This document shows, one piece after another, positions 56,152 to 64,000 of a stretch of 64,000 nucleotides of DNA (the first letter of the stretch is position 1; the number at the start of each line of letters is the position of its first letter). The translations under genes were made by a program, and so were the position numbers. A model generated the notes under the pieces. It saw only the letters and a list, made by a program, of their open reading frames with translations. It searched no databases and was not told where the DNA came from. This stretch comes from Marinobacter sp. (lineage in GTDB: Bacteria; Pseudomonadota; Gammaproteobacteria; Pseudomonadales; Oleiphilaceae). The DNA lies in NCBI RefSeq assembly GCF_048259445.1, contig NZ_JBLXHQ010000005.1:84933-148932 (forward strand). The letters are read 5' to 3'.

Positions 56152-56829
56152 ATGTTGAAAAGAATCCAGAAAGGCTCGTTGGTGGAAACGGCTATAGAAA
56201 GCCTGCGGCACGCCATCGAAACAGAACAGTGGCCTGTTGGCGGCAAGCTGCCTGTTGAGTCGGAGCTTTCGGAAGCCCTGGGAGTAAGCAGAAACACCGT
56301 TCGCGAGGCTGTACGAGTACTGGCCCACGTGGGGATGCTGGAAACCCGACAGGGAGATGGCACCTATGTACGAGCAACCCGGGATGCTGGGGAAACACTC
56401 AAACGCATCGCCCGCACCCAGCTGACGGACCAACTGGAGGTCCGGATTATGCTGGAAACCGAAGCATCAAAGCTCGCTGCGCAGCGACGTACAGATCAGG
56501 ATCTCCGCACCATGACCATGGCACTGGATGCCAGAGGCAAAGCCGATGCCGACCTCGCAGCCCGTATTCGCCACGACGAGGCCTTTCACCATGCATTGGT
56601 GGCTGCATCCCATAACTCGGCACTGGCAGAACTTTACGATTACTTCTCCCACGCCATCACGCAGACAATCGAGCGAACGGAAAGCGATGCCGACTTACCC
56701 GAGCCTTCGCAGGAAGATCATGAACTGCTTCTGGCCGCAGTGCGCCGACAGGATTCGGTAAAAGCTGAAAAGCTTGCCCGGGATCTTCTTGCCCCCAGCC
56801 TTAAAGCGCTTCGGAAGAGAGACTCCTGA
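56152..56829 (+). CDS. GntR/FadR-family regulator
   Basis: LPVESELSEALGVSRNTVREAVRVLAHVGMLETRQGDGTYV plus an FCD-like helical C-terminus. Confidence 0.8.
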   Translation: MLKRIQKGSLVETAIESLRHAIETEQWPVGGKLPVESELSEALGVSRNTVREAVRVLAHVGMLETRQGDGTYVRATRDAGETLKRIARTQLTDQLEVRIMLETEASKLAAQRRTDQDLRTMTMALDARGKADADLAARIRHDEAFHHALVAASHNSALAELYDYFSHAITQTIERTESDADLPEPSQEDHELLLAAVRRQDSVKAEKLARDLLAPSLKALRKRDS

Positions 56830-56831
56830 TC

Positions 56832-57839
56832 ATGAAGTTCAGACCAGACATCTTTACCATTCTACTGCTGGGCGCCATTGTTCTGGCTTCATTTCTGCCC
56901 GCTACAGGCTCTGCCGGGGACTTTCTGGCCAGTGCAGGAACCGTAGCTGTCGCCCTGCTCTTCTTCTTTCATGGTGCCGCACTTTCGAGGGAGCAGATCG
57001 TTGCCGGCGCTTCACACTGGCGACTGCACATTCTCATCACCCTGCTCACGTTCGTGTTCTTCCCCCTGGTTGTACTTCCCATTAACGGCATGAGCAGTTT
57101 TGCACCGTCGTGGATGCCGGCAGACCTGGGCCTTGGTTTTCTTTACCTGGGCGTACTCCCCTCCGCCGTATCCTCATCCATTGCCTATACCGCCATGGCG
57201 CGGGGTAATGTCCCTGCGGCTATCTGCAGCGCTGCGGCATCCAATGTGTTTGGCATGATGCTCACACCCTTCTTGCTTCTCTTGCTCGTCAGTTCCGCCG
57301 GTAGCGGCGACTTTGCGGTGGGCGAAGCCCTGAAAGATATCACTTTGCAGCTGTTATTACCGTTTGCGGTGGGCCATGCCATGAGGCCGGTTCTGGGAGG
57401 CTTCCTGGCGCGCAATGAGAGCCTGATGGCGCGCTACGATAAATGCGTTATATGGCTGATCGTGTATTCGGCCTTTTCGCATTCGGTAGAAAGCGGGCTA
57501 TGGGAGAATCTGCCGGCAAAAGCGATTGTTCTCACAGTCTTGCTGTGCATCGGACTGCTGGCATTGTTTATGTTCTTTGCGAGGTTTCTGGTGCGGAGGT
57601 TCGGATTCAGCCTGGAAGACGAAGCGGCGGTTGTATTCTGCGGCTCTAAAAAGAGCCTGGCTTCCGGGCTGCCCATGGCCAAAGTGCTGTTCTCCGGGCA
57701 CCCCGGGTTTGGCATGATCGTTCTGCCAATTATGTGCTACAACCAGGTTCAGGTGATTCTCGGCGCTATTCTGGCCCAGAAATACCGGGACAAAATCGCA
57801 GAGTCCAGATCAACACAAACTGGATCAGAAGCAGAATGA
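56832..57839 (+). CDS. Bile acid:sodium symporter family protein (YfeH-like)
   Basis: The N-terminus FTILLLGAIVLASFLPATGSAGDF resembles YfeH. About 10 TM segments. Confidence 0.65.
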   Translation: MKFRPDIFTILLLGAIVLASFLPATGSAGDFLASAGTVAVALLFFFHGAALSREQIVAGASHWRLHILITLLTFVFFPLVVLPINGMSSFAPSWMPADLGLGFLYLGVLPSAVSSSIAYTAMARGNVPAAICSAAASNVFGMMLTPFLLLLLVSSAGSGDFAVGEALKDITLQLLLPFAVGHAMRPVLGGFLARNESLMARYDKCVIWLIVYSAFSHSVESGLWENLPAKAIVLTVLLCIGLLALFMFFARFLVRRFGFSLEDEAAVVFCGSKKSLASGLPMAKVLFSGHPGFGMIVLPIMCYNQVQVILGAILAQKYRDKIAESRSTQTGSEAE

Positions 57840-57852
57840 TTGGGTGGTGGCG

Positions 57853-58509
57853 TTAGCCGCCACTCATGCCGCCAAAGAGAATGGCGAGTATGACAAGGCC
57901 GATAACCCAACCGATAACAGCCGGCCAGAAATTAACCATCTGCGGAGGCTCTGAATCTGCAACCTCCTCTGCCATCCCCGGCTCCGGATAGCTGCGCTCA
58001 TCTTCCTGAGCAACCGCATCCTGAAGGCTGTGCCAGTCAAACCATTCCGCCAGGAAACGCACGACCGGGGCAGGAAAGCTGCCGTTTTCGGCCATAGGGC
58101 GAAGCTGTGGCTCCAGTTGCCGGCCTATCTCCCGTCGCAGAGGCAACTGATCAGCGGGCGGCTCGCAGAGAATTGCTTTCCATATACCCGCATCCGAAGT
58201 CCTGCCGGAGTCATTCAAAAGCGCCTTGACCTGAATCATAACCTCACGGACAACCTGGCTTTCCGATGCATCCAGCTCCCGGCTTTCCGAACTTACTGCC
58301 GGGGCGGCCGGTTTCTCTTCAACCGGTTCGTCAACCGGTTCGTCAACTGCTTGCCGAAACGCTTCTTTGAGCTGCACAGCTTCGTCATCCGATGCAAACC
58401 GAAGCTGGTTTTCGTATGCATCCTGAACCCTCTGGCGGTCGCGGGTAGGCTCAATTCCAAGAATTTCCCAGCAATTCATATCAGGCTTACTCCCACCCTT
58501 ATAATTCAT
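57853..58509 (-). CDS. J-domain-like protein with C-terminal membrane anchor (no HPD motif seen)
   Basis: CWEILGIEPTRDRQRVQDAYENQLRF resembles J-domain helices I-II. C-terminal FWPAVIGWVIGLVILAILFGG forms a TM segment. Confidence 0.35.
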   Translation of the reverse strand: MNYKGGSKPDMNCWEILGIEPTRDRQRVQDAYENQLRFASDDEAVQLKEAFRQAVDEPVDEPVEEKPAAPAVSSESRELDASESQVVREVMIQVKALLNDSGRTSDAGIWKAILCEPPADQLPLRREIGRQLEPQLRPMAENGSFPAPVVRFLAEWFDWHSLQDAVAQEDERSYPEPGMAEEVADSEPPQMVNFWPAVIGWVIGLVILAILFGGMSGG

Positions 58510-58610
58510 GACATTTTTGAGAGACAAACAGCGTGTAGTCAAATACGATAGTGAAAAATATAAGAAATTTGTTTTGTCGCTTCCAATTCCGCAATTATAG
58601 AACGACACCC

Positions 58611-60761
58611 ATGTCCGTTACGAATTTCAAAGATCACAGTCGACGGCATTCCACTCCCTGCGCCCTCACGTTCGCAGCGACAGGGCTTATGGGGTTGTTG
58701 TTCCCGATTACGGCGGATGCTCAACCGTTGTCCGATGAAGCTGACCAGATTGGTTTTTACGGTTTCAACGACGAGATACCGGAAGTACTGACGACTACCC
58801 GGCTGCGGCAACCAAAAACGAGGGTGCCCGGAACAACCACAGTTATCGATGGCGCGATGATTCGTGATCTCGGCATTATGAGCCTCGTGGAGATATTCCG
58901 ACTTGTTCCGGGAATGGTTGTGGGCGACGTTGGAAGTAGCACACCGGTCACCACCTATCATGGCACTGTACATTATGAACAACGGCGAATGCAGGTTCTT
59001 GTCGACGGGCGCACGGCGCACCGCGCTACCCTGTCAGATATGGACTGGCAAACCATGCCGGTTCCGCTTGAGCTTATCGAAAGAATTGAAGTAAGCCGTG
59101 GCCCGAATTCCGCGGCCTATGGCATCAACGCCTTTCTGGGCACCATTAACATTATTACCCGCAACCCTGCTGATACAGCCGGCGCAGAGGTTCGCGTTGT
59201 TGGAGGTTCCAGAGACTATATCCGCACTTTTGCTTCCGTTGGCGATGTCAGCGACAGCTACGACTGGCGGTTAGCTTTCGAAAAGCGCAAATTCGGAGGC
59301 TTTGATTACCAGCTTGATGAGGGCTACGAGCCTACACCTTTTCACGATGGCCATAACATCAACATTTTTAACTATGACTCCCGACTGAAGGTGAACCCGA
59401 ATTTTAATGCAGATTTTCGCGCCGGTATCGTTGATGGAATAAATGAAGAAGATATTGATAAAAGTGGCGAACTCGGTGCTACTGACAACCCGGACATAGA
59501 CGTCCGGGACTTCTACCTTCAGACACAGCTTAATTTCACGACATCGAAAACCCATTTTTTCCACGTTCAGGTGAATTTCGAAAACTTCAATCGCAGGCAG
59601 CGCTGGCCAATAGAAGTACCCGAATCGGTCGTAAATTGCCTCGCCAACGGTGCCGATGTACTTGACGATGCTAGTAACTGCTTTCAACCAGGCGGCACCC
59701 CATTAACTGCCAACGTGAACTCAGACTCCGAAGACTCCAGGCTGGAGTTCGAGCTGCAGGATACATTGTTATTCAGTGAGGACCTGAAGCTCGTTACCGG
59801 TTTGGGCTACCGCAAAGACACTTATCGTTCTGAGACGTTTTTCAACGGGCGGGGAAACAGCTATCAGTCGCGTGTATTTGGCAACCTGGAATACACCCCT
59901 ATCGACTGGCTCACATTGAATGGTGGCGGTAACTGGGAGTGTACGACAACCACGGACGAGGGCTATTTCTCACCCCGGCTTGCGGCAAACTTCACACTTG
60001 GAAACAACCACGCGCTAAGGTTTGTATATTCGAAAGCTGTGCGCACACCTGACAGTTTTGAGCAGAATCCGGATTACGGGTTTACATTGAGAGATGTAGA
60101 GCCGGCGCAATATGCTTTTCTAGAGGGCTATCGGGTAGAAAACCCCCTTGCTACCCGTGCCGGAACGTTGGAGGAAGAGAACATTATTTCCCGAGAGATC
60201 AGTTATTTCGGGCAATTTCCTATGGACCGAGGTCAGATCTCTCTGGAAGTCAGGGTATTCAAGGACAAAATGCGGGACATGATAAGCGGCATCATCGGAT
60301 TTGAAGAGTGGACGATCGATAACAACGTAGATATCGATCAGAAAGGCTTTGAAGTTGAAGCTGCCGTGGAGTACCCCGGAACAACATTCAGGGTGAGCTA
60401 CGGCTATCTTGATCAGGATGACTGGTACAACGGTCCGGACGGTATCAACGAGGAAGAAAAGCAGTACAGCGTAGACCTTCTGGGCCGCCTCTCGGCAAGG
60501 CATTCCGGCAGTATCGCATTAATTCAGAACTTGCCGTTCGGCCTGAAAGGCTCCACTGCCTTTTACTGGGCAGATCAACTCAAAGAGTCCCGGTTTGAGC
60601 GCCTCGATCTTCGGTTGGCAAAATCGATCTTTCAGCCCCGGTACACGGCGGAGTTTGCTGTTACAGTGCAGCATTACATGAACACAGATCCGGATATGAG
60701 TATTGATAATAATATCGAGGATCAGAACCAACTTTTCCTGGAAGCAGGTATCCGTTTCTGA
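58611..60761 (+). CDS. TonB-dependent receptor
   Basis: Plug segment TTTRLRQPKTRVPGTTTVIDGAMIRDLG...VEIFRLVPGM...IEVSRGPNSAAYGINAF. Terminal EAGIRF. Confidence 0.8.
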   Translation: MSVTNFKDHSRRHSTPCALTFAATGLMGLLFPITADAQPLSDEADQIGFYGFNDEIPEVLTTTRLRQPKTRVPGTTTVIDGAMIRDLGIMSLVEIFRLVPGMVVGDVGSSTPVTTYHGTVHYEQRRMQVLVDGRTAHRATLSDMDWQTMPVPLELIERIEVSRGPNSAAYGINAFLGTINIITRNPADTAGAEVRVVGGSRDYIRTFASVGDVSDSYDWRLAFEKRKFGGFDYQLDEGYEPTPFHDGHNINIFNYDSRLKVNPNFNADFRAGIVDGINEEDIDKSGELGATDNPDIDVRDFYLQTQLNFTTSKTHFFHVQVNFENFNRRQRWPIEVPESVVNCLANGADVLDDASNCFQPGGTPLTANVNSDSEDSRLEFELQDTLLFSEDLKLVTGLGYRKDTYRSETFFNGRGNSYQSRVFGNLEYTPIDWLTLNGGGNWECTTTTDEGYFSPRLAANFTLGNNHALRFVYSKAVRTPDSFEQNPDYGFTLRDVEPAQYAFLEGYRVENPLATRAGTLEEENIISREISYFGQFPMDRGQISLEVRVFKDKMRDMISGIIGFEEWTIDNNVDIDQKGFEVEAAVEYPGTTFRVSYGYLDQDDWYNGPDGINEEEKQYSVDLLGRLSARHSGSIALIQNLPFGLKGSTAFYWADQLKESRFERLDLRLAKSIFQPRYTAEFAVTVQHYMNTDPDMSIDNNIEDQNQLFLEAGIRF

Positions 60762-60796
60762 TCTTTAATCAGGGAATGCTTCGGGCCCGGGATGGT

Positions 60797-61759
60797 ATGA
60801 CAGAAAACGTCGTTTTGTTTTGGCAACTGGCTACCGCCACAGTACTCCGCTCTCTGATAATAGCGGCAGTGCTTGTCAGTTCTGTTTCTGCGCAAACCGA
60901 TGATGTGAGTCGTTCACCTGTTTACCTTGCAGGTTCGGGCAACGTTGCCCTGGATCAGCATATAAGAAGCCTCTTGCAGCAAAGCCTTCGGAACCAGCGC
61001 AATCTGATTTCAGTTACAGACGAGCAGGCGGCGATTATAGAAGACGCTCCTATTATAACGGTCGGCCCCGGCGCGTTTTCCCGTGTTCGTCAGGTTAATC
61101 GCAAAGCGCCGGTGCTTGCGATGCTGGCAGCAAAGGATTTTCTCCAGGGGTTCGCTAACCGATCACCGGGGCAGATTTCCGGAGTCTATTACGACGTCCC
61201 TCTGCTCCGACAAGCATTGATCGGGAAAGCTATTCTTCCTCAAGCTACCCGGATAGCATTGATTGCTACCACAAGTTCCGCTGAACTGTACGACTCTCTC
61301 ATCGATCAGCTTCCAGAATACGGGCTTGAAGCCCAGCTCTTTATTGTAGAAGAAGACAAACAGCTCATCCCGACACTTGTACGGGCCCTGAGCTACGGCG
61401 ATTTCTTGCTGGCTGCGCCAGACAACGCCATATATAACCCCAGAACCATAAAACATGTTCTGTTGACCGCTTACCGCAGAAACAAGGTCGTCATCGGTCC
61501 AAGCCAGGCCTATGTCAAAGCCGGCGTCCTGGCATCCGGGTACGCGCCCTTCCCGGCAATGACCGAGATGGCAGCAGAGTATTTGCATGAATTCTTTGAA
61601 ACCGGGAAGTTCCCGAAACCGCGTTACCCTGCCGCTTTCAAGGTCGAGATCAACCAGCAGGTTGCCAGATCGCTCAATATTCCTCTCGCACCGAAGGAGC
61701 AAATCGTTAATTCCGTTGAATTGCAGATAGAAAACAAGGGAGGCCAAGGCGATGAGTAA
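60797..61759 (+). CDS. Periplasmic substrate-binding-like protein (ABC_sub_bind-like), overlaps the kinase start
   Basis: Signal-like N-terminus and a PBP-like alternating pattern. 8-nt overlap with the sensor kinase gene. Confidence 0.4.
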   Translation: MTENVVLFWQLATATVLRSLIIAAVLVSSVSAQTDDVSRSPVYLAGSGNVALDQHIRSLLQQSLRNQRNLISVTDEQAAIIEDAPIITVGPGAFSRVRQVNRKAPVLAMLAAKDFLQGFANRSPGQISGVYYDVPLLRQALIGKAILPQATRIALIATTSSAELYDSLIDQLPEYGLEAQLFIVEEDKQLIPTLVRALSYGDFLLAAPDNAIYNPRTIKHVLLTAYRRNKVVIGPSQAYVKAGVLASGYAPFPAMTEMAAEYLHEFFETGKFPKPRYPAAFKVEINQQVARSLNIPLAPKEQIVNSVELQIENKGGQGDE

Positions 61760-63704
61760 GCACAAAACCGCCGGCACCCCACTGTCCCGAAAGCTGTTAT
61801 TGCTGGGCGCAATGCCCGCCATTGTGATGTTTATAACCCTGATCGGTTTTTTTACCTCGGTGCGGCTGGAAGATGCACGTCGCGATCTGGCCGATAGCAA
61901 TCAGTTAATGGCAGACAGCCTGGCACCTTCTCTCGAGTACGCCGTTGTTTCAGGTAACACACTGGCGCTGCAAGAAATACTCTCCCAGTCGATCCGGCAT
62001 AGCAAGGCAGACTGGATTCGCGTAATGGACGTAACAGAAGAGCAGATTGGGCTGGTAGCACATAGCGATATTGAAGCGCTTGAACTGCCGGGTGAGTTCA
62101 GGGTTTACCGGGCCGAGATTCTCCAGAAACCCCTGGAGTTTGGAACGGACAGGGAAACTCAATGGTTCGAGCCAGAGTACGGATACGGATCGGGCGCACT
62201 GCGAGTCGGTTCCGTTCAGGTTGGCGTCAGTGATGCTGCACTGGAAGCACGGCGCCGCGATATCCTCTGGACATCCGTAACGCTCGGATTTTCGTTGTTG
62301 CTGTTTACTATCCTGATCATCAAACGTTCGCTGAATTCGATTCTATCGCCTATCCACGAGGTTTCCGGGCGTATCAGCCGTTTAATTGAACGGGACTATC
62401 GAACAGTCAAAGTGACAACAAGGCGCAACTCCAGAGACGTTATTGGCATACAGCAACAGCTCAATGAACTGGCCGAGCATCTCAGCGCGCAGAAGGAATC
62501 ACGCGAGCAGACACTGGCCGCCTCCGAGCAGGCCCGTGAAAAGGCAGAGAGCGCCAGCGAATCCAAGTCGGAATTTCTGGCAACCATGAGCCATGAATTG
62601 CGTACACCGCTGAACGGCGTACTGGGTATGATCGACCTCGCTCAGGAGGATACGCTCACTTCCAGGCAGCGGGATTATCTGCAAACCGCCCGTCAGTCCA
62701 CTGAGGACCTTCTTACCGTTATTAGCGACATTCTTGAATACTCTCGCCTGGACAAGGGCGCGATTATCCTGGAACAGAAGGTTTTTGATCTGCGCGCCCT
62801 CATAACAAATTGCGTTGCTTCCTATCGTCATGTGGCTGAAGGACAGGGTTTGGCGCTGACACTCAATTTTTATGGCGACTGGCCTGAAACGTCACAAGTA
62901 AAAGGGGATGCCCCAAGGCTTCGACAGATTCTGGCGTGCCTGCTCGATAACGCTATCAGGTTCACAAGCGAGGGCTTTGTTAACGTGCAGGTTGGCTGTT
63001 TTGGAGTTGAGGATGGCTGCATTATTCTCAATTGCTCTGTAAACGACTCAGGGAGCGGTATACCTCATGACAGCCTGCCGGATATGTTCAGTTCGTTTGA
63101 ACAAATGGATACGGGTAGCGCCAGAGCCTTTGGTGGCGCCGGCATGGGATTGTCTTTGGTGCAGCGTCTGGTTGAGCTTTTGGGAGGGCATATACAAGTC
63201 GAAACAGACCCTGGTAAAGGCTCTTCATTCCGCTTCGAGTTGCCTCTGGAACTTGTGGTTCTGGCTGAAACCGCGATAGTGTATGAAACCACCGCGCAAG
63301 CCGAATTACCTCTCTCAATGCAGGCTCTGGTTGTGGAAGACAACCCTGTAAACCAGCGTGTTGCAGCCGCATTGCTGAACCGTCTTGGCTTTAATACGGA
63401 AACCGTTACGAACGGCGAAGAGGCCCTGAATAAAGTCCGTAACAGCCATCAAGGTTATGACGTAATTCTGATGGATTGCCAGATGCCGGTGATGGATGGC
63501 TACGAAACAACCCGCTATATTCGTGAGTGGGAAATTTCAAGCGGCCTGGGCAGAACACCTATTATCGCGCTCACCGCCGACGTGCTGCCCGAGACACAAC
63601 AAAACTGCCTTAAAAGTGGCATGGACGACTACTTATCGAAACCCGTAAGAAAAGAAAATCTGAGGGAGGTTTTGGTACGCTGGGTCCAGCTGCTAGAAGG
63701 CTGA
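61752..63704 (+). CDS. Hybrid sensor histidine kinase / response regulator
   Basis: Two TM segments, a HAMP-like linker, SHELRTPLNG (H box), DSGSGIP, GGAGMGLSLV, then the receiver VVEDNPVNQ...ILMDCQMPVMDG. Confidence 0.85.
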   Translation: MSKHKTAGTPLSRKLLLLGAMPAIVMFITLIGFFTSVRLEDARRDLADSNQLMADSLAPSLEYAVVSGNTLALQEILSQSIRHSKADWIRVMDVTEEQIGLVAHSDIEALELPGEFRVYRAEILQKPLEFGTDRETQWFEPEYGYGSGALRVGSVQVGVSDAALEARRRDILWTSVTLGFSLLLFTILIIKRSLNSILSPIHEVSGRISRLIERDYRTVKVTTRRNSRDVIGIQQQLNELAEHLSAQKESREQTLAASEQAREKAESASESKSEFLATMSHELRTPLNGVLGMIDLAQEDTLTSRQRDYLQTARQSTEDLLTVISDILEYSRLDKGAIILEQKVFDLRALITNCVASYRHVAEGQGLALTLNFYGDWPETSQVKGDAPRLRQILACLLDNAIRFTSEGFVNVQVGCFGVEDGCIILNCSVNDSGSGIPHDSLPDMFSSFEQMDTGSARAFGGAGMGLSLVQRLVELLGGHIQVETDPGKGSSFRFELPLELVVLAETAIVYETTAQAELPLSMQALVVEDNPVNQRVAAALLNRLGFNTETVTNGEEALNKVRNSHQGYDVILMDCQMPVMDGYETTRYIREWEISSGLGRTPIIALTADVLPETQQNCLKSGMDDYLSKPVRKENLREVLVRWVQLLEG

Positions 63705-63735
63705 TAAAGCATTGATGGAGAGTTGATTGAAAGCT

Positions 63736-63753
63736 GAGCCCATCCATGGGCTC
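63736..63753. terminator. Palindrome between convergent kinase and gor genes
   Basis: GAGCCCAT-cc-ATGGGCTC, followed by CTGTTCT. Confidence 0.35.
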
Positions 63754-63762
63754 CTGTTCTGA

Positions 63763-64000
63763 TCAGGAAGCAGGTTCCCGCATGGTGACGAATTCTTCTG
63801 CCGATGTCGGGTGTATGCCCATAGTGGAATCGAACTGAGCCTTGGTTGCACCTGCCTTGATGGCCACGGCAAGCCCCTGGGTAATTTCACCAGCATCTGG
63901 ACCGACCATATGCGCCCCAAGAACCTTGTCAGTTTCGTCATCGACCACAAGTTTCATCAGGCAGCGTTCATCACGACCGCTGAGAACATACTTCATGGGC
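63763..64000 (-). CDS. gor: Glutathione-disulfide reductase, C-terminal dimerisation domain (gene continues past window end)
   Basis: [47 protein letters not shown]. Confidence 0.7.
   Translation of the reverse strand, partial: PMKYVLSGRDERCLMKLVVDDETDKVLGAHMVGPDAGEITQGLAVAIKAGATKAQFDSTMGIHPTSAEEFVTMREPAS

Overview
The window looks like a marine gammaproteobacterial chromosome. The gene content is Marinobacter-like, but that is inference only. It splits into two parts.

**Part A, about 1-18.3 kb: a mosaic accessory region.**
- A metallophosphoesterase fragment and a small gene split by an in-frame TGA.
- Two IS66-family remnants in inverted orientation.
- A tightly coupled five-gene minus-strand operon: SDR epimerase, GT4 glycosyltransferase, radical SAM/SPASM protein, WG-repeat O-methyltransferase fusion, and histidine phosphatase. 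A divergent ECF-like sigma gene sits upstream of it.
- A Tn7-like transposition module (tnsA-tnsB-tnsC-tniQ) with no tnsE, cas genes or CRISPR array, carrying a short cargo.
- A decayed serine-recombinase gene.
- An ORF-poor stretch of about 0.9 kb that ends in a strong intrinsic terminator.
- The mosaic stops exactly at the last sense codon of selO, whose reading frame runs on into the foreign DNA.

**Part B, 18.3-64 kb: reads as core genome.**
- selO and an eight-gene envelope cluster of unknown function.
- Four DUF1254/DUF1214 paralogues with two AraC regulators.
- A META lipoprotein, a TerB/DUF533 protein and a molybdopterin oxidoreductase.
- A RES-Xre toxin-antitoxin pair.
- gabD-gabT, fabH, and a LexA-boxed yebG.
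- dabA-dabB with a LysR regulator.
- A Baeyer-Villiger monooxygenase.
- A TonB receptor, binding protein and hybrid kinase module.
- The 3' end of gor.

I found no rRNA, no complete tRNA and no CRISPR array.

**Best candidates for something undescribed:**
1. The sigma-plus-five-gene tailoring operon at 3251-9695.
2. The Tn7-like element, its ambiguous ends, and the neighbouring ORF-poor region next to the altered selO terminus.

All protein family calls come from motifs read by eye in the ORF translations. No database search was run.
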